DNA of 64,000 nt from Rickettsiales bacterium (GTDB taxonomy: Bacteria; Pseudomonadota; Alphaproteobacteria; Rickettsiales; UBA6187), in the NCBI GenBank assembly GCA_028223895.1, contig JAOIVE010000001.1, positions 1,270 to 65,269 on the forward strand, read 5' to 3'. The notes below the pieces were generated by a model, which saw only the letters and a list, made by a program, of their open reading frames with translations, ran no database searches and had not been told where the DNA came from. A program made the translations under genes and the position numbers. Positions 1-9,624 of the stretch are shown piece by piece. Numbering within the stretch: the first letter of the stretch is position 1; every line of letters starts with the position of its first letter.

Positions 1-126
1 CTCACGGGTTGCCTGCTTTTTGAGCTGCAACAGGGTTTCCATATCCATCTGCCGCATGGTCTCGATTGTCAGATGACAAATTTCATCAAAAGTTGAGATT
101 GGTTTATTGTTGTTGTGATCAGTCAT
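1..126 (-). CDS. Phage early-region hypothetical protein, N-terminal part (runs off the window)
   Basis: ATG at 126 with GGAGGT RBS; reads MTDHNNNKPISTFDEICHLTIETMRQMDMETLLQLKKQATRE, open to the window edge. Confidence 0.6.
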   Translation of the reverse strand, partial: MTDHNNNKPISTFDEICHLTIETMRQMDMETLLQLKKQATRE

Positions 127-190
127 GTTTACCTCCGTTGTTCGAACTGTTCGAACGCAAGGCTGCATGATTTTCTGATACTTAACGTGG

Positions 191-324
191 ACCTTGGTGA
201 GGGCTAAAGGGTGACCTTGGGTGGGGCAGCTCTGCCCCCTCTGGCGACAAATTTTACTCGATTGAAACAAAAAAAGCCCTGTCAAGGGCCTTGGGTGGGG
301 CGGAGGTGGTACCTAGGGTGGGGC
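191..324. repeat. Four G-rich direct repeats (consensus RCCTWGGGTGGGGC; copy 1 degenerate), candidate operator sites
   Basis: Copies at 191-204, 214-227, 288-301 and 311-324; 23-bp spacing within each pair. Confidence 0.7.
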
Positions 325-343
325 TGGAGAAGTCCCCCTAAGC

Positions 344-1117
344 CTACATGGCTTGCTGAGAGCGGATCTTATCGACATTGCTATCTGGGATGATAGCGGT
401 TTTTTCCAGTGCTTCCATTGGTACATTGAGCCGGTAATATCCGCGCTCGTTAGAGATAATCATGGTGCGCCAGTGCCGTTTGTTCTTGAAGATATCACGC
501 AGGCGCAGAGCGTTGGAGCCAGAGTCATTGATAAGCGTTTTGCCATGCACCCATGGTTTATGGCTTTGCGAGGCATCATGCAGCTGTTCAATCACCCGCG
601 CTTGCACATCGCCGAGGTGAAATTCCTGTCCTTCCATTTTTACAAAGCGATAATCTTCGGAAGCAATAAATGCAGGCACAATTTTTTCAGGGTGCAGATC
701 CTGTACATTGGTTTTAGTGATTTCGTAGATTTTCTCGAATTTATCCCGATCCTGCTTGAGAACAATAAGGTCTCCCATTCTGACAAAAATTGCGGGTTGA
801 GGCGGCTCATAGGCTAACCTTAAAATATGGCCATCACCGCAAACGGAATGAAAAATACGAAGTTTTGCGCGTCCTGTGCTGCATATGCGGCGGCAATCAT
901 CTGGCCTTACGCCAACAAATTCTTCCTGATGCTCGTGGGTTTCATAGATGAATTTTCTTTCTTTGTTGATCACACCACGCTCGACATATCGCAGTGGAAG
1001 CCAGACACAGACCCTCAGCAATCCATTTTCCATGGCGTAGAATAAGTCTTCCTGCGATACGCCCCATCGCTTCTGCAGGCTTTTGAGCCTGTAATAATTC
1101 TTTGCTGGAAATGCCAT
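344..1117 (-). CDS. Putative phage/ICE DNA-binding protein (AlpA-like N-terminus, winged-helix-like C-terminus)
   Basis: 257 aa; YYRLKSLQKRWG start and ISNERGYYRLN wing-like end; GGGAG RBS. Confidence 0.6.
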   Translation of the reverse strand: MAFPAKNYYRLKSLQKRWGVSQEDLFYAMENGLLRVCVWLPLRYVERGVINKERKFIYETHEHQEEFVGVRPDDCRRICSTGRAKLRIFHSVCGDGHILRLAYEPPQPAIFVRMGDLIVLKQDRDKFEKIYEITKTNVQDLHPEKIVPAFIASEDYRFVKMEGQEFHLGDVQARVIEQLHDASQSHKPWVHGKTLINDSGSNALRLRDIFKNKRHWRTMIISNERGYYRLNVPMEALEKTAIIPDSNVDKIRSQQAM

Positions 1118-1376
1118 GATATTCTCCCTATGTTATTTTAAAGCAATGCTTTTTCTCCCTTTACAAATAAAAAACAGATAAAATATCTGAGCAAACCATA
1201 ATACAACTGACGGTAATTAAATCAATAGCATTAAGCACGCATTGGTTGATTTGCCTTGCATTATACAAATTTATCAAACTCACTTTTCCGATTTCAGAAG
1301 AAAGTCGTTCTTCTAGTTGATGTTATTGAATATCAATGGCTTCATGTCCTTCCGTTAATCCAAAATGAAAGGAGGA

Positions 1377-1751
1377 ATGATGCAAAACAATGACGAAAAC
1401 CGCAATGTCGGTGAAAATATCCGGCTCTATCGGATCAGGGCTGGCCTTACGGTCAAAGACCTGAGTAACCGCATCGGGCGATTGCATGGTTTGGAGATAA
1501 AAACAGGCTCCATCCGAAACTATGAAAATGGTACGGAGAAAATCCCAGCTGTGGCATTAAACAGCATCGCGGCAATTACCCAAACCGATATCAAGGAATT
1601 TTACGAACCAGCAAACCAAGCCGTGTTGCTTAACACCAGCCAGAAACTCCACCTGCTCGAAGCCTTCAGCATGATACGTTGCCGCGCATCACGCGACACG
1701 CTTTTGCATCTAGCAAGGAAACTCAGCAAAGCCGGAGGTAGCCATGACTAA
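1377..1751 (+). CDS. XRE-family HTH transcriptional regulator
   Basis: VGENIRLYRIRAGLTVKDL...IRNYENG; AGGAGG RBS; divergent from 344-1117. Confidence 0.85.
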   Translation: MMQNNDENRNVGENIRLYRIRAGLTVKDLSNRIGRLHGLEIKTGSIRNYENGTEKIPAVALNSIAAITQTDIKEFYEPANQAVLLNTSQKLHLLEAFSMIRCRASRDTLLHLARKLSKAGGSHD

Positions 1752-2022
1752 ATCAACGTTACAAGAATTGCTAAAAAAATGGGTAGATGCCGAAGAACAT
1801 TTTGAGCTTGGTCACATTTCCGAAGGCGTTTTCTTACGCACCCAAGCCAGAGCCATCGACACCGCCAGCCGCCTCAAGCCCTTAACAGCCAAAGAAGCTG
1901 CCGCACAGTTGTTGTTCGCTGTTCTCATATGGAAAGAAGAAGTCATAACTCCCACCACCCCATCGCACATCGCCATGGATAAAATGCTGGGCCATGTGGT
2001 GGATTTTTTGCAGGAGCGGTAA
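1744..2022 (+). CDS. Hypothetical protein
   Basis: 92 aa; overlaps the XRE stop; GGAGGT RBS. Confidence 0.65.
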   Translation: MTKSTLQELLKKWVDAEEHFELGHISEGVFLRTQARAIDTASRLKPLTAKEAAAQLLFAVLIWKEEVITPTTPSHIAMDKMLGHVVDFLQER

Positions 2023-2086
2023 TTAAGAATAGTTTATATGTATAATTAAACCATCTTAAGTACCGCTAAGTAAGAATAGAATATTG

Positions 2087-2530
2087 TTAGGCGGCTTCTT
2101 TTTTCCTGTCGGCTGGTTTTCTAGCCGCATCGGAAAATGATTCTGACGCTTTTTTATTTATAATTTCATAAGCTTGAGTATTACATTGAACAGCATCTTC
2201 AATCATTTTACCTGTGTTTTTTACGGCGGAATCCACAGATGATTTTATAAAATCAGCATGTTTTACGGCTTTTTCTTCCATTTTATCCTTCGATAAAACT
2301 ACGTCGTTAACAAACCTTGATAGCTCTTCGGAGCTTTTTTGAAAAATTTCAGCCTGATGAGAAAATAAATTTTGCCATCCCTCTGTTATAACTCTTGTAA
2401 TGTCGTAGAATGCTTTGTTGCCTGAACGACTCGCAGCAACAAATTTATCCACACTGCAAGCTTCAGCAAAAGGATTATTCTCATTCATTGAACCCCATAT
2501 GGATGAAAACGGATTTTGGTTATTAGACAT
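2087..2530 (-). CDS. Phasin-family (PHA granule) protein
   Basis: Helical 147 aa with the phasin pattern (EGWQNLFSHQAEIF...AYEIINK); ends -EAA. Confidence 0.75.
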   Translation of the reverse strand: MSNNQNPFSSIWGSMNENNPFAEACSVDKFVAASRSGNKAFYDITRVITEGWQNLFSHQAEIFQKSSEELSRFVNDVVLSKDKMEEKAVKHADFIKSSVDSAVKNTGKMIEDAVQCNTQAYEIINKKASESFSDAARKPADRKKEAA

Positions 2531-2589
2531 AATGATTTCCTTATTTTTAAAAAGTTTGTTAATTGTTAATAGTTACGTAAAAATGAAGA

Positions 2590-2973
2590 TTATTTTTTCA
2601 TCTTATCCATCTTCATATCTTTCATTTTTTCTATGCTCATTTTTATCTGTTTCATCTGTTCCTGAGCCTTTGTGATACTTTGTTCCGCTGCCTGCATTTG
2701 TTTTTTCATTTCAGCATTTGTAGTATCATTTATCATATTTTTTATATCGTCATGCATGTTTTCCATAGATTCCATCATCTCTCCAACTTCTTCTTTCATC
2801 TGGTTCATATGATCGGACATAGGGCAGCTTTTATTGATCCATTTATGGCATTTATGATGATGGTACGTAGAATCTTTATGCCACCCCATTTTATCATGCT
2901 CATAATGCCCACATGAAGACAGTGGTAGGCATATTGCGGATGCCAAAAGCACTGTTTTTAAAAAAGTTTTCAT
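2590..2973 (-). CDS. His/Met-rich putative lipoprotein
   Basis: Signal peptide with LSSC lipobox, then HYEHDKMGWHKDSTYHHHKCH and a Met-rich coiled coil. Confidence 0.7.
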   Translation of the reverse strand: MKTFLKTVLLASAICLPLSSCGHYEHDKMGWHKDSTYHHHKCHKWINKSCPMSDHMNQMKEEVGEMMESMENMHDDIKNMINDTTNAEMKKQMQAAEQSITKAQEQMKQIKMSIEKMKDMKMDKMKK

Positions 2974-3063
2974 TTTTTTCTCCCCTTTTATATAAATATA
3001 TCCGCGTAGCACTGAAAAATGCGCTGAATGAAGGGAGTGTAGTTATAAGCGCCATTGTCTGAT

Positions 3064-3077
3064 TTGACGGGTGTCAA
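3064..3077. promoter_or_regulatory. FNR/FixK-type box TTGACGGGTGTCAA
   Basis: Palindrome extends over 3061-3080; upstream of the lipoprotein-phasin genes. Confidence 0.85.
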
Positions 3078-3148
3078 ATCGTGGAGTTTTTTGTTATGCA
3101 CCTTTCTTAATTATTCCATTTGTTTACGGAATAATGCTTGTGTAATCT

Positions 3149-3417
3149 TTACTCACTCTTCCATCCGCCACCTAACGCTTTATAAAGCGCCGTCAAATCT
3201 GTTGAAACGGTGGCGAGGCTTTTTGCCTGCGAAAGTTGAGATGCATAAAGCGAACGCTTCGCATCTAACACATCAAGAAACGCTACCAAGCCATTCCTAT
3301 AGCGACAAAAATTCCAGGCTGCTGCGTCATAATCAGCGCCGCAAAGGTAATGCCTATTATAATACCGATATATTTGGCGGTATCTCCGACAAGCATTTTA
3401 ATAGCAATGTAGTACAT
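3149..3417 (-). pseudogene. Deletion scar: N-terminus of a DevC-like ABC permease joined to the C-terminus of a NodT/OprM-type outer-membrane efflux protein
   Basis: MYYIAIKMLVGDTAKYIGIIIGITFAALIMTQQPGIF, then RYRNGLVAFLDV/DAKRSLY...LYKALGGGWKSE*. Confidence 0.75.
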
Positions 3418-3487
3418 AGCACGTTCCTCTGGCTTATCGTAAATAAGTAAAAGCTGTTGATAGGAGCATGTTTCGTTTTAGTGTGCT

Positions 3488-3501
3488 TTGATGCGTATCA
3501 A
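3488..3501. promoter_or_regulatory. FNR/FixK-type box TTGATGCGTATCAA
   Basis: Perfect TTGAT-N4-ATCAA, intergenic. Confidence 0.85.
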
Positions 3502-3550
3502 GTGCCAAAAGACCTTTTAGTCATTATATTTAGCGAACGCACAACCGTGC

Positions 3551-3564
3551 TTGATAGGAATCAA
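3551..3564. promoter_or_regulatory. FNR/FixK-type box TTGATAGGAATCAA
   Basis: Perfect TTGAT-N4-ATCAA upstream of 3718. Confidence 0.85.
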
Positions 3565-3717
3565 ATCCAGGTATTCGAATTTCTGTATTATTGGAAATTC
3601 TGAAGATAAATTCATATATCTAGAAATGCCTTTAAATTGAGAGCGCGTTTAATAAACTTTTTAACCAATTTTTATGCACATATTTAGTGCTTAAAAATTA
3701 ACTTTAGGAGACTTAAA

Positions 3718-4035
3718 ATGACAGAATGTAAAACTGATAACTCTTGCCATACTGATAACATACACCATGGCAATAAAGGCTCATGTAGCGAGTATAATCA
3801 TAAATCTGACTGCTGTACGATGGCCGAGGATATTCTTGGCTTGGCAAAATGCGCCAAGCATGAATTGCTTAAAGAAAAAATGAAAATTATCCTTGAAAAG
3901 AAAATGGGCAAAAAGCTTGATAAAGTAGCTGAAGTTACCGTTGATGCTATGCTGGCCTACATGACAAACATAGCAGCAGAAAAAGAGGCTTGCAGGGATT
4001 ATGAGACTAAACTACATGCGGCTTTTAAAGAATAG
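3718..4035 (+). CDS. Hypothetical protein with Cys/His-rich N-terminus
   Basis: AGGAG RBS; MTECKTDNSCHTDNIHHGNKGSCSEYNHKSDCC. Confidence 0.75.
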   Translation: MTECKTDNSCHTDNIHHGNKGSCSEYNHKSDCCTMAEDILGLAKCAKHELLKEKMKIILEKKMGKKLDKVAEVTVDAMLAYMTNIAAEKEACRDYETKLHAAFKE

Positions 4036-4046
4036 TAGCTGTTATT

Positions 4047-4095
4047 AAAGGACTGTTATAAAGTAATGTTTTTATGTTATATATGGCAGTCCTTT
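4047..4095. terminator. Hairpin between convergent genes
   Basis: AAAGGACTG...CAGTCCTTT inverted repeat. Confidence 0.5.
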
Positions 4096-4692
4096 TCATT
4101 TCAGTGAAAACTCCGGATCATCTTCATCACGGATAAATTCAGCCTCGATATGCATTCGAACATTTTCTCCTACAAGAGGAACGCTATTATTCATCCCAAA
4201 ATGTGAGCGGTTAATTGTAGTATCGGCGCTGAACCCTGCAATATGGTTTTTAGTTATTGGATGCTCGCCTGATTTATTGAAAGTAGTATGTAATGTGACA
4301 AACTGTTCTTTACCAAGCATATTCATCCAGCCCGAAACCTCAGCTTTTTTACCTCTATTCAATTTTATTTGCGTACTGTGAAAAGTGATTTCCGGATATA
4401 CCTCCGAATTAAACCAATCCTTTTTTTGCAGCTCTTTATCCAGCTTTTCACTATCTGTACGAATGCCAGAAGGTCTTATTGTTACATGTATTTCGCTTTT
4501 TTCAGGATATTCCTCATCAAAATTAAGATGACCGTCATAATCAATAAATCTGCCTATTTTATCCGAAAAACCAAGATGGTTGATGAAGAATAATATTGTA
4601 GTGTGCTCCTTGTCGAAATGGTATTCATCCGCAAATGAAGGTGCTGTACAGAGTGAAAGCAGGATATAGAGCACAGCAACCAGTTTCTTCAT
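4096..4692 (-). CDS. YceI-family lipid/polyisoprenoid-binding protein
   Basis: Signal peptide; [37 protein letters not shown]. Confidence 0.9.
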   Translation of the reverse strand: MKKLVAVLYILLSLCTAPSFADEYHFDKEHTTILFFINHLGFSDKIGRFIDYDGHLNFDEEYPEKSEIHVTIRPSGIRTDSEKLDKELQKKDWFNSEVYPEITFHSTQIKLNRGKKAEVSGWMNMLGKEQFVTLHTTFNKSGEHPITKNHIAGFSADTTINRSHFGMNNSVPLVGENVRMHIEAEFIRDEDDPEFSLK

Positions 4693-5546
4693 AATTTTCT
4701 TCCTTTAAATTTAACTTCTTTATCCATTTGTTTTAGTTTTTCAATGCGCTTTTCCGTGTTGGGGTGGGTAGAAAACAAATTGTCCAAGCCTCTTTTGTGG
4801 AGTGGGTTTATAATAAACATATGCGCAGTTGCAGGGTTCCTTTCTGCTGCTATGTTGGTGGTAAGTTCTGCCTTCTTTGAAATTTTTGCAAGTGCTAAAG
4901 CAAGCCCCATCGGGTCGTTAGATATTTTTGCCCCACCATGGTCGGCATCATATTCACGAGTGCGGGATATTGCCATCTGCACCAACATTGCGGCAATGGG
5001 GGCAAGGATCGCCATTAATATAATAGCAATCGGCCCCATATTGCGATCACGACTGCCGCCGAAGAAAAATGCAAAATTAGCCAGCATTCCTATTGCTCCG
5101 GCAATGGTTGCGGTTATAGTCATGGTAAGTGTATCACGGTTTTTGATATGCATTAGTTCATGCGCCAATACGCCAGCAATTTCTCGCTCATCAAGCATGC
5201 GTAGCAAGCCTGTTGTTAGCGCTACCGCGCCATGCTCAGGGTTGCGCCCGGTTGCAAAGGCGTTGGGCTGGTTATTATCGATGATATAAGCTTTCGGTGT
5301 TGGTATTTCAGCATCTTTCGCAAGCTTCTTTATAATAGAAAGCAATTCAGGTGAATCCTTATCTGACACAGGCTTGGCACGATACATGGCAAGAACAATT
5401 TTATCTGAATTCCAATATGCAAACATATTCATAGCAAGGGCAATCCCCAGCGCTGTAAACATGCCGCCTTCACCGCCTATCGCCAGACCCACTACACCAA
5501 ATAGTGCAGTAAGTCCTGCTATTAATAAGAATGTACGGGTATTCAT
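4689..5546 (-). CDS. htpX: Zinc metalloprotease HtpX
   Basis: [19 protein letters not shown] (HExxH), [14 protein letters not shown]. Confidence 0.95.
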   Translation of the reverse strand: MNTRTFLLIAGLTALFGVVGLAIGGEGGMFTALGIALAMNMFAYWNSDKIVLAMYRAKPVSDKDSPELLSIIKKLAKDAEIPTPKAYIIDNNQPNAFATGRNPEHGAVALTTGLLRMLDEREIAGVLAHELMHIKNRDTLTMTITATIAGAIGMLANFAFFFGGSRDRNMGPIAIILMAILAPIAAMLVQMAISRTREYDADHGGAKISNDPMGLALALAKISKKAELTTNIAAERNPATAHMFIINPLHKRGLDNLFSTHPNTEKRIEKLKQMDKEVKFKGRKL

Positions 5547-5568
5547 AATTAATTTCTAATATAAGAGT

Positions 5569-6225
5569 TTACTTCTCCAGCTCTTTGCCAACTTTAGTAA
5601 CAAGCCCACCAAAATTTTCCAGCCCTTTTCCCACTTGTTTTTCTGTCCAGCCCGAACCTTCTTTCAATGATTTACCAATTGAGCGCGCCTCATTAACAAC
5701 AGCAACACCATCGGCCTCTAATCCAACTTCTGCCCATGCTGCTGCGTGACGTAAATTATTTGCCGCAGCACTTATTGCTTCCCCTGCTTTATAAGCCTCC
5801 TTTTTAGCCCATGATTCTTTTGCTACAATATACTGATGGTGTGACATATTATATAATGCGTGGGTAAAAACCTTGTTAATTCGGTGAATGTCAACATGCT
5901 CACTTCTTTCCATATCATGAGCTAAATTAAGTAAGTTTTTATAGGATGATAATAAAGCTGTCTTACCCTCACCAGCGGCTGATTCAGACTCAAGCAGTAC
6001 ATACTTTGCCCCTTTGCGCACATCATCAGCGGCAATTTTGCGGTAATCTTCAAGATAAGATTCTCTGGCATGATAGAAGTGATTAGCTGGTTCACCTGAG
6101 TAAGCAATCACTATATCTTCCACTATGACCTCATTGTCACCATAAATATAAGCATACGCCTGTTGTGCCGCAATTCCGCTGCTTATTGTTAATATTATCG
6201 CGGTAGTTGTAAGTAATTTTTTCAT
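5569..6225 (-). CDS. Secreted helical protein (possibly YfdX-like); paralog of 13272-13937
   Basis: Signal peptide; EPANHFYHAR...AADDVRKGA aligns with EPNDYFYQAR...AADEIRRGA. Confidence 0.65.
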   Translation of the reverse strand: MKKLLTTTAIILTISSGIAAQQAYAYIYGDNEVIVEDIVIAYSGEPANHFYHARESYLEDYRKIAADDVRKGAKYVLLESESAAGEGKTALLSSYKNLLNLAHDMERSEHVDIHRINKVFTHALYNMSHHQYIVAKESWAKKEAYKAGEAISAAANNLRHAAAWAEVGLEADGVAVVNEARSIGKSLKEGSGWTEKQVGKGLENFGGLVTKVGKELEK

Positions 6226-6249
6226 GGTTATAGCCCTTATTCTTATAGA

Positions 6250-6792
6250 TTAACTATTATGAATGCAGATATTTTTAGCATCTGTGGTTTTTAGAATTTC
6301 CTGTGCTTTTTCAACATCCTCACCAGTACCGTGTGCTATTAACAAAAATTTTTCTGCTTTTAGAGCAGTTTCATATTGCACGATTGAATCCTTCGGAATG
6401 CCTATACTGTATAAAGCTGCACCCAAGGCGCTCAATCCACCGACAGTCACTGCGCCTTGCAATGCGCCTACTAATGTTGCAACTAACGGCCCCGCAAGAA
6501 CCAAGTGACCAACACCAGGTACGACAAGAAATGCTGAACCAAATAAAAGACCCCATATACTTCCCCAGAATGCGCCTGATTTTCCCCAATATTTAACACG
6601 ATCACCCATGTTATAATATCCGACAACATGCTCTTCGGTTTTGTAGTCTTTACCTACAATGGAAAGCTTTTCCATTTTATATCCTGCTTTTTGCAATGAT
6701 TTTATGGCTGATTCCGCTTGTATATGGGTATCGAAAATAGCAATACAGGCATTTTCTGCATGTGCCGTTTTGTGTTTTTTTAATGCTTGCAT
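6250..6792 (-). CDS. General-stress/YflT-like Gly-zipper membrane protein
   Basis: IAIFDTHIQAESAIKSLQKAG...LSIVGKD, Gly-rich TM segment, IGIPKDSIVQYE. Confidence 0.8.
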   Translation of the reverse strand: MQALKKHKTAHAENACIAIFDTHIQAESAIKSLQKAGYKMEKLSIVGKDYKTEEHVVGYYNMGDRVKYWGKSGAFWGSIWGLLFGSAFLVVPGVGHLVLAGPLVATLVGALQGAVTVGGLSALGAALYSIGIPKDSIVQYETALKAEKFLLIAHGTGEDVEKAQEILKTTDAKNICIHNS

Positions 6793-6870
6793 GATAATTC
6801 TCCTAAATTCTTAATCAGGCATAAATATACCTTTCCTACTTTATTAAACACGATACGCAGGTAGATTGGG

Positions 6871-6884
6871 TTGATGGATGTCAA
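6871..6884. promoter_or_regulatory. FNR/FixK-type box TTGATGGATGTCAA
   Basis: Between divergent genes 6792(-) and 6936(+). Confidence 0.85.
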
Positions 6885-6935
6885 TCAATTAAATTTAAAT
6901 GACATTTATGATGCGTAGCCAAGCAGGAGTAAAAT

Positions 6936-7058
6936 ATGGATGACAATGCGGATGAAGAAGACACAATGCCAGACATAGAATGCTACGTATTAAATTATAA
7001 GCCAAGGGAAGCTTCATATGAGGTAAACTGCACAATCATATTGCCAGAAATTTGTTAG
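6936..7058 (+). CDS. Unannotated 40-aa acidic micropeptide (MPDIE family)
   Basis: AGGAG RBS; MDDNADEEDTMPDIECYVLNYKPREASYEVNCTIILPEIC; paralog at 54168. Confidence 0.7.
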   Translation: MDDNADEEDTMPDIECYVLNYKPREASYEVNCTIILPEIC

Positions 7059-7071
7059 GGAGTGCATTATA

Positions 7072-9624
7072 ATGGGAGTTCTTTTGCGCCGCATAGCCCC
7101 CTTTCTAGGGTTGGCGTTCTTTCTGATAGCGGTTGCAATTGTACACCACGTACTAAAGCAATATAGTTATACCGATATTGTCGCTGTAATAAAATCCACT
7201 CCTTGGTATTTAATTGCTCTGGGATTATTGTTTACATCCTTTAATTATTTCACCTTAACCGGATATGATTTTCTGGCGTTAAAATATGTAGGAAAATCTT
7301 TACCGAAGTTCAGAGTAATGCTGGCTTCACTTATAGGTTTTGCAGTGAGTAACAATGTAGGCCACGCACTTGTCTCAGGGCCATCGGTGCGCTACCGTTT
7401 CTACAGTGCATGGGGCCTTTCTGGTCTTGATATGATTAAGCTTACTGTCTTTTTAAGCGTGATGTATTTATTAGGGGCGATGACACTGGCAGTTGCTGTA
7501 TTTTTCCTTTTTCCACAAACAGAACTGGTTAATTCACCGATACATATTGTTATTCATGCGGTAATTTATTCAGCTCTGGCGGCATTGATATTATATTGGT
7601 TGGCAATTATCAGCATACGAAGACCAGTGATTATTTACAATGTATCGTTTTCTTTGCCATCAGTACGTATGGCGCTCGCACAAACCGTAATTTCTGGCGC
7701 AGACTTGATACTAGCGTCTCTTACTCTTTATGTTTTTTTATATCATCAGGCAAATATTCCGTTTACCACATTCTTAGTAGTTTATTTGGTAGCTCAAGTT
7801 GTTGGCCTTTATAGTCAGGTTCCGGGTGGCCTTGGTGTGTTTGAGGGGATATTTATTTATCTAATAGGCGACATACTACCGCCTCATAATATCCTTGCCT
7901 CACTTATTTTATACCGCATTGTTTATTATTTTATACCTCTTATGTTTGCTGGGCTAGGCATATTAAGTTATGAGCTTTATGAGAAGCGCAAAGAAATTGG
8001 AGAAAATGCAGATAGCATAAGCAAAATTATTAATCAGAATATACCGCAAATTTTTTCATTATTATTACTGCTTGCAGGCGGAATATTATTATTTTCCGGA
8101 GCCACTCCCACAGACAAGGATGCACTACATTGGCTTCAGAATGTAATGCCGTTGCCTGTGATAGAATTTTCGCATCTGTTTGGCAGTATGGTCGGTGTAT
8201 TACTATTGTTTATTGCCCGTGCTGTTCGGATGCGCCTTAATTCTGCCTATTTTGCTTCAATAGCACTTCTTGCATTTGGAATTATATTTTCACTTCTAAA
8301 AGGCTTTGACTGGCAGGAAGCTATTATTTTAAGTATAATGCTGATGTTAATGCTCCCTACACGCCGTTTTTTCTACCGTGAATCAACATTATTAAACGCA
8401 CCATTTACAAGATCATGGTTTATTTTTATTGCTATAATTATCTTTAGTTCCGTGTGGCTTGGCCTGTTCTCTTATAAGCATGTTGAATACAACCATGATC
8501 TATGGTGGCAGTTTACTTATAACGATGATGCTTCACGTTTTTTGCGCTCACTTTTTGTTATGGCATTGGCAGTGTCGGGATTTGCAATTATGCGCTTGTT
8601 AAGAGCTCCTCAAACAATGATACAACATCCGTCTCAGGATAACATGGATAAGCTGCTTAAACTCGCTTTAAACTCGGATAAGACGCAAGCGCATTTAGCA
8701 CTCCTTGGCGACAAACAAATATTATGGGGAGAGAATTATAGCGCTTTTCTTATGTATGGCATAAGCACGAAATACTGGGTAGTCATGGGAGATCCAGTCG
8801 GAAGCATAGAGCAGCAGGAAATGCTGGTTTGGCGCTTAGCGGAAATGGCTGATCGCAAAGGCGTAAAACTAGCCTTTTATCAGGTTTCACGGGATAAACT
8901 GCCTCTATATATTGATATGGGTATGATACTAGTTAAGCTTGGGGAAACCGCATTAGTATCCCTAGAAAGCTTTGGTCTTGAGGGGGAGAAGCGCAGTGGC
9001 CTGCGCCACACTAATAATAAAATGACAAAACTCGGCCTAACATTTGAGGTTCTTGACTTCGAACAGGTTAGAGAACACATGAATGAGCTAAAGGAAATTT
9101 CCGATAACTGGCTCTTGAACAAAAAAACACATGAAAAGCAATTCTCGCTCGGCTTTTTCTCTGAGGAGTACGTTAGCAAAGCGGCTGTTGCAGTGGCTAA
9201 GCAGGAAGGAAAGATTATTGCCTTTGCTAATTTATGGGTAACTAATTCAAAGCAAGAGATTTCCATCGATTTGATGCGTTATATTGATATTGCACCACGT
9301 GATGTTATGGAGTGGCTTTTTATACAGATTATGCTTTGGGGGAAAACACAAGGATATAAGAATTTTGATCTTGGTATGGCTCCACTGGCCGGGTTGGAAA
9401 CACATGCTCTGGCTCCATTATGGCATAAAATAGGCCATATTATTTTTGAATATGGCGGTGACTTATACAATTTTGAAGGCTTGCGTGCTTATAAGGATAA
9501 ATTCGACCCTGTGTGGGAACCTCGGTACTTGGCTATAGCAAATGGTTTTTCTATTCCATCGGTGTTGATTGCTATTACACGTTTAATAGCAGGTGGGAGC
9601 CTCAAAGGAGTATTTAGAAAATGA
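7072..9624 (+). CDS. mprF: Bifunctional lysyl-phosphatidylglycerol flippase/synthase
   Basis: Many TM helices, VPGGLGVFE, GDPVG, LGMAPLAG, YNFEGLRAYKDKFDPVWEPRY. Confidence 0.95.
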   Translation: MGVLLRRIAPFLGLAFFLIAVAIVHHVLKQYSYTDIVAVIKSTPWYLIALGLLFTSFNYFTLTGYDFLALKYVGKSLPKFRVMLASLIGFAVSNNVGHALVSGPSVRYRFYSAWGLSGLDMIKLTVFLSVMYLLGAMTLAVAVFFLFPQTELVNSPIHIVIHAVIYSALAALILYWLAIISIRRPVIIYNVSFSLPSVRMALAQTVISGADLILASLTLYVFLYHQANIPFTTFLVVYLVAQVVGLYSQVPGGLGVFEGIFIYLIGDILPPHNILASLILYRIVYYFIPLMFAGLGILSYELYEKRKEIGENADSISKIINQNIPQIFSLLLLLAGGILLFSGATPTDKDALHWLQNVMPLPVIEFSHLFGSMVGVLLLFIARAVRMRLNSAYFASIALLAFGIIFSLLKGFDWQEAIILSIMLMLMLPTRRFFYRESTLLNAPFTRSWFIFIAIIIFSSVWLGLFSYKHVEYNHDLWWQFTYNDDASRFLRSLFVMALAVSGFAIMRLLRAPQTMIQHPSQDNMDKLLKLALNSDKTQAHLALLGDKQILWGENYSAFLMYGISTKYWVVMGDPVGSIEQQEMLVWRLAEMADRKGVKLAFYQVSRDKLPLYIDMGMILVKLGETALVSLESFGLEGEKRSGLRHTNNKMTKLGLTFEVLDFEQVREHMNELKEISDNWLLNKKTHEKQFSLGFFSEEYVSKAAVAVAKQEGKIIAFANLWVTNSKQEISIDLMRYIDIAPRDVMEWLFIQIMLWGKTQGYKNFDLGMAPLAGLETHALAPLWHKIGHIIFEYGGDLYNFEGLRAYKDKFDPVWEPRYLAIANGFSIPSVLIAITRLIAGGSLKGVFRK

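Noticed and set aside
139-156. Tandem GTTCGAAC palindromes (also near 52405) as an alphaproteobacterial LexA box
   Set aside because: Spacing is GTTC-N5-GTTC, not the N7 consensus
3055-3450. 131-aa plus-strand ORF
   Set aside because: Starts across a regulatory box; the minus strand is better explained as an efflux-operon remnant
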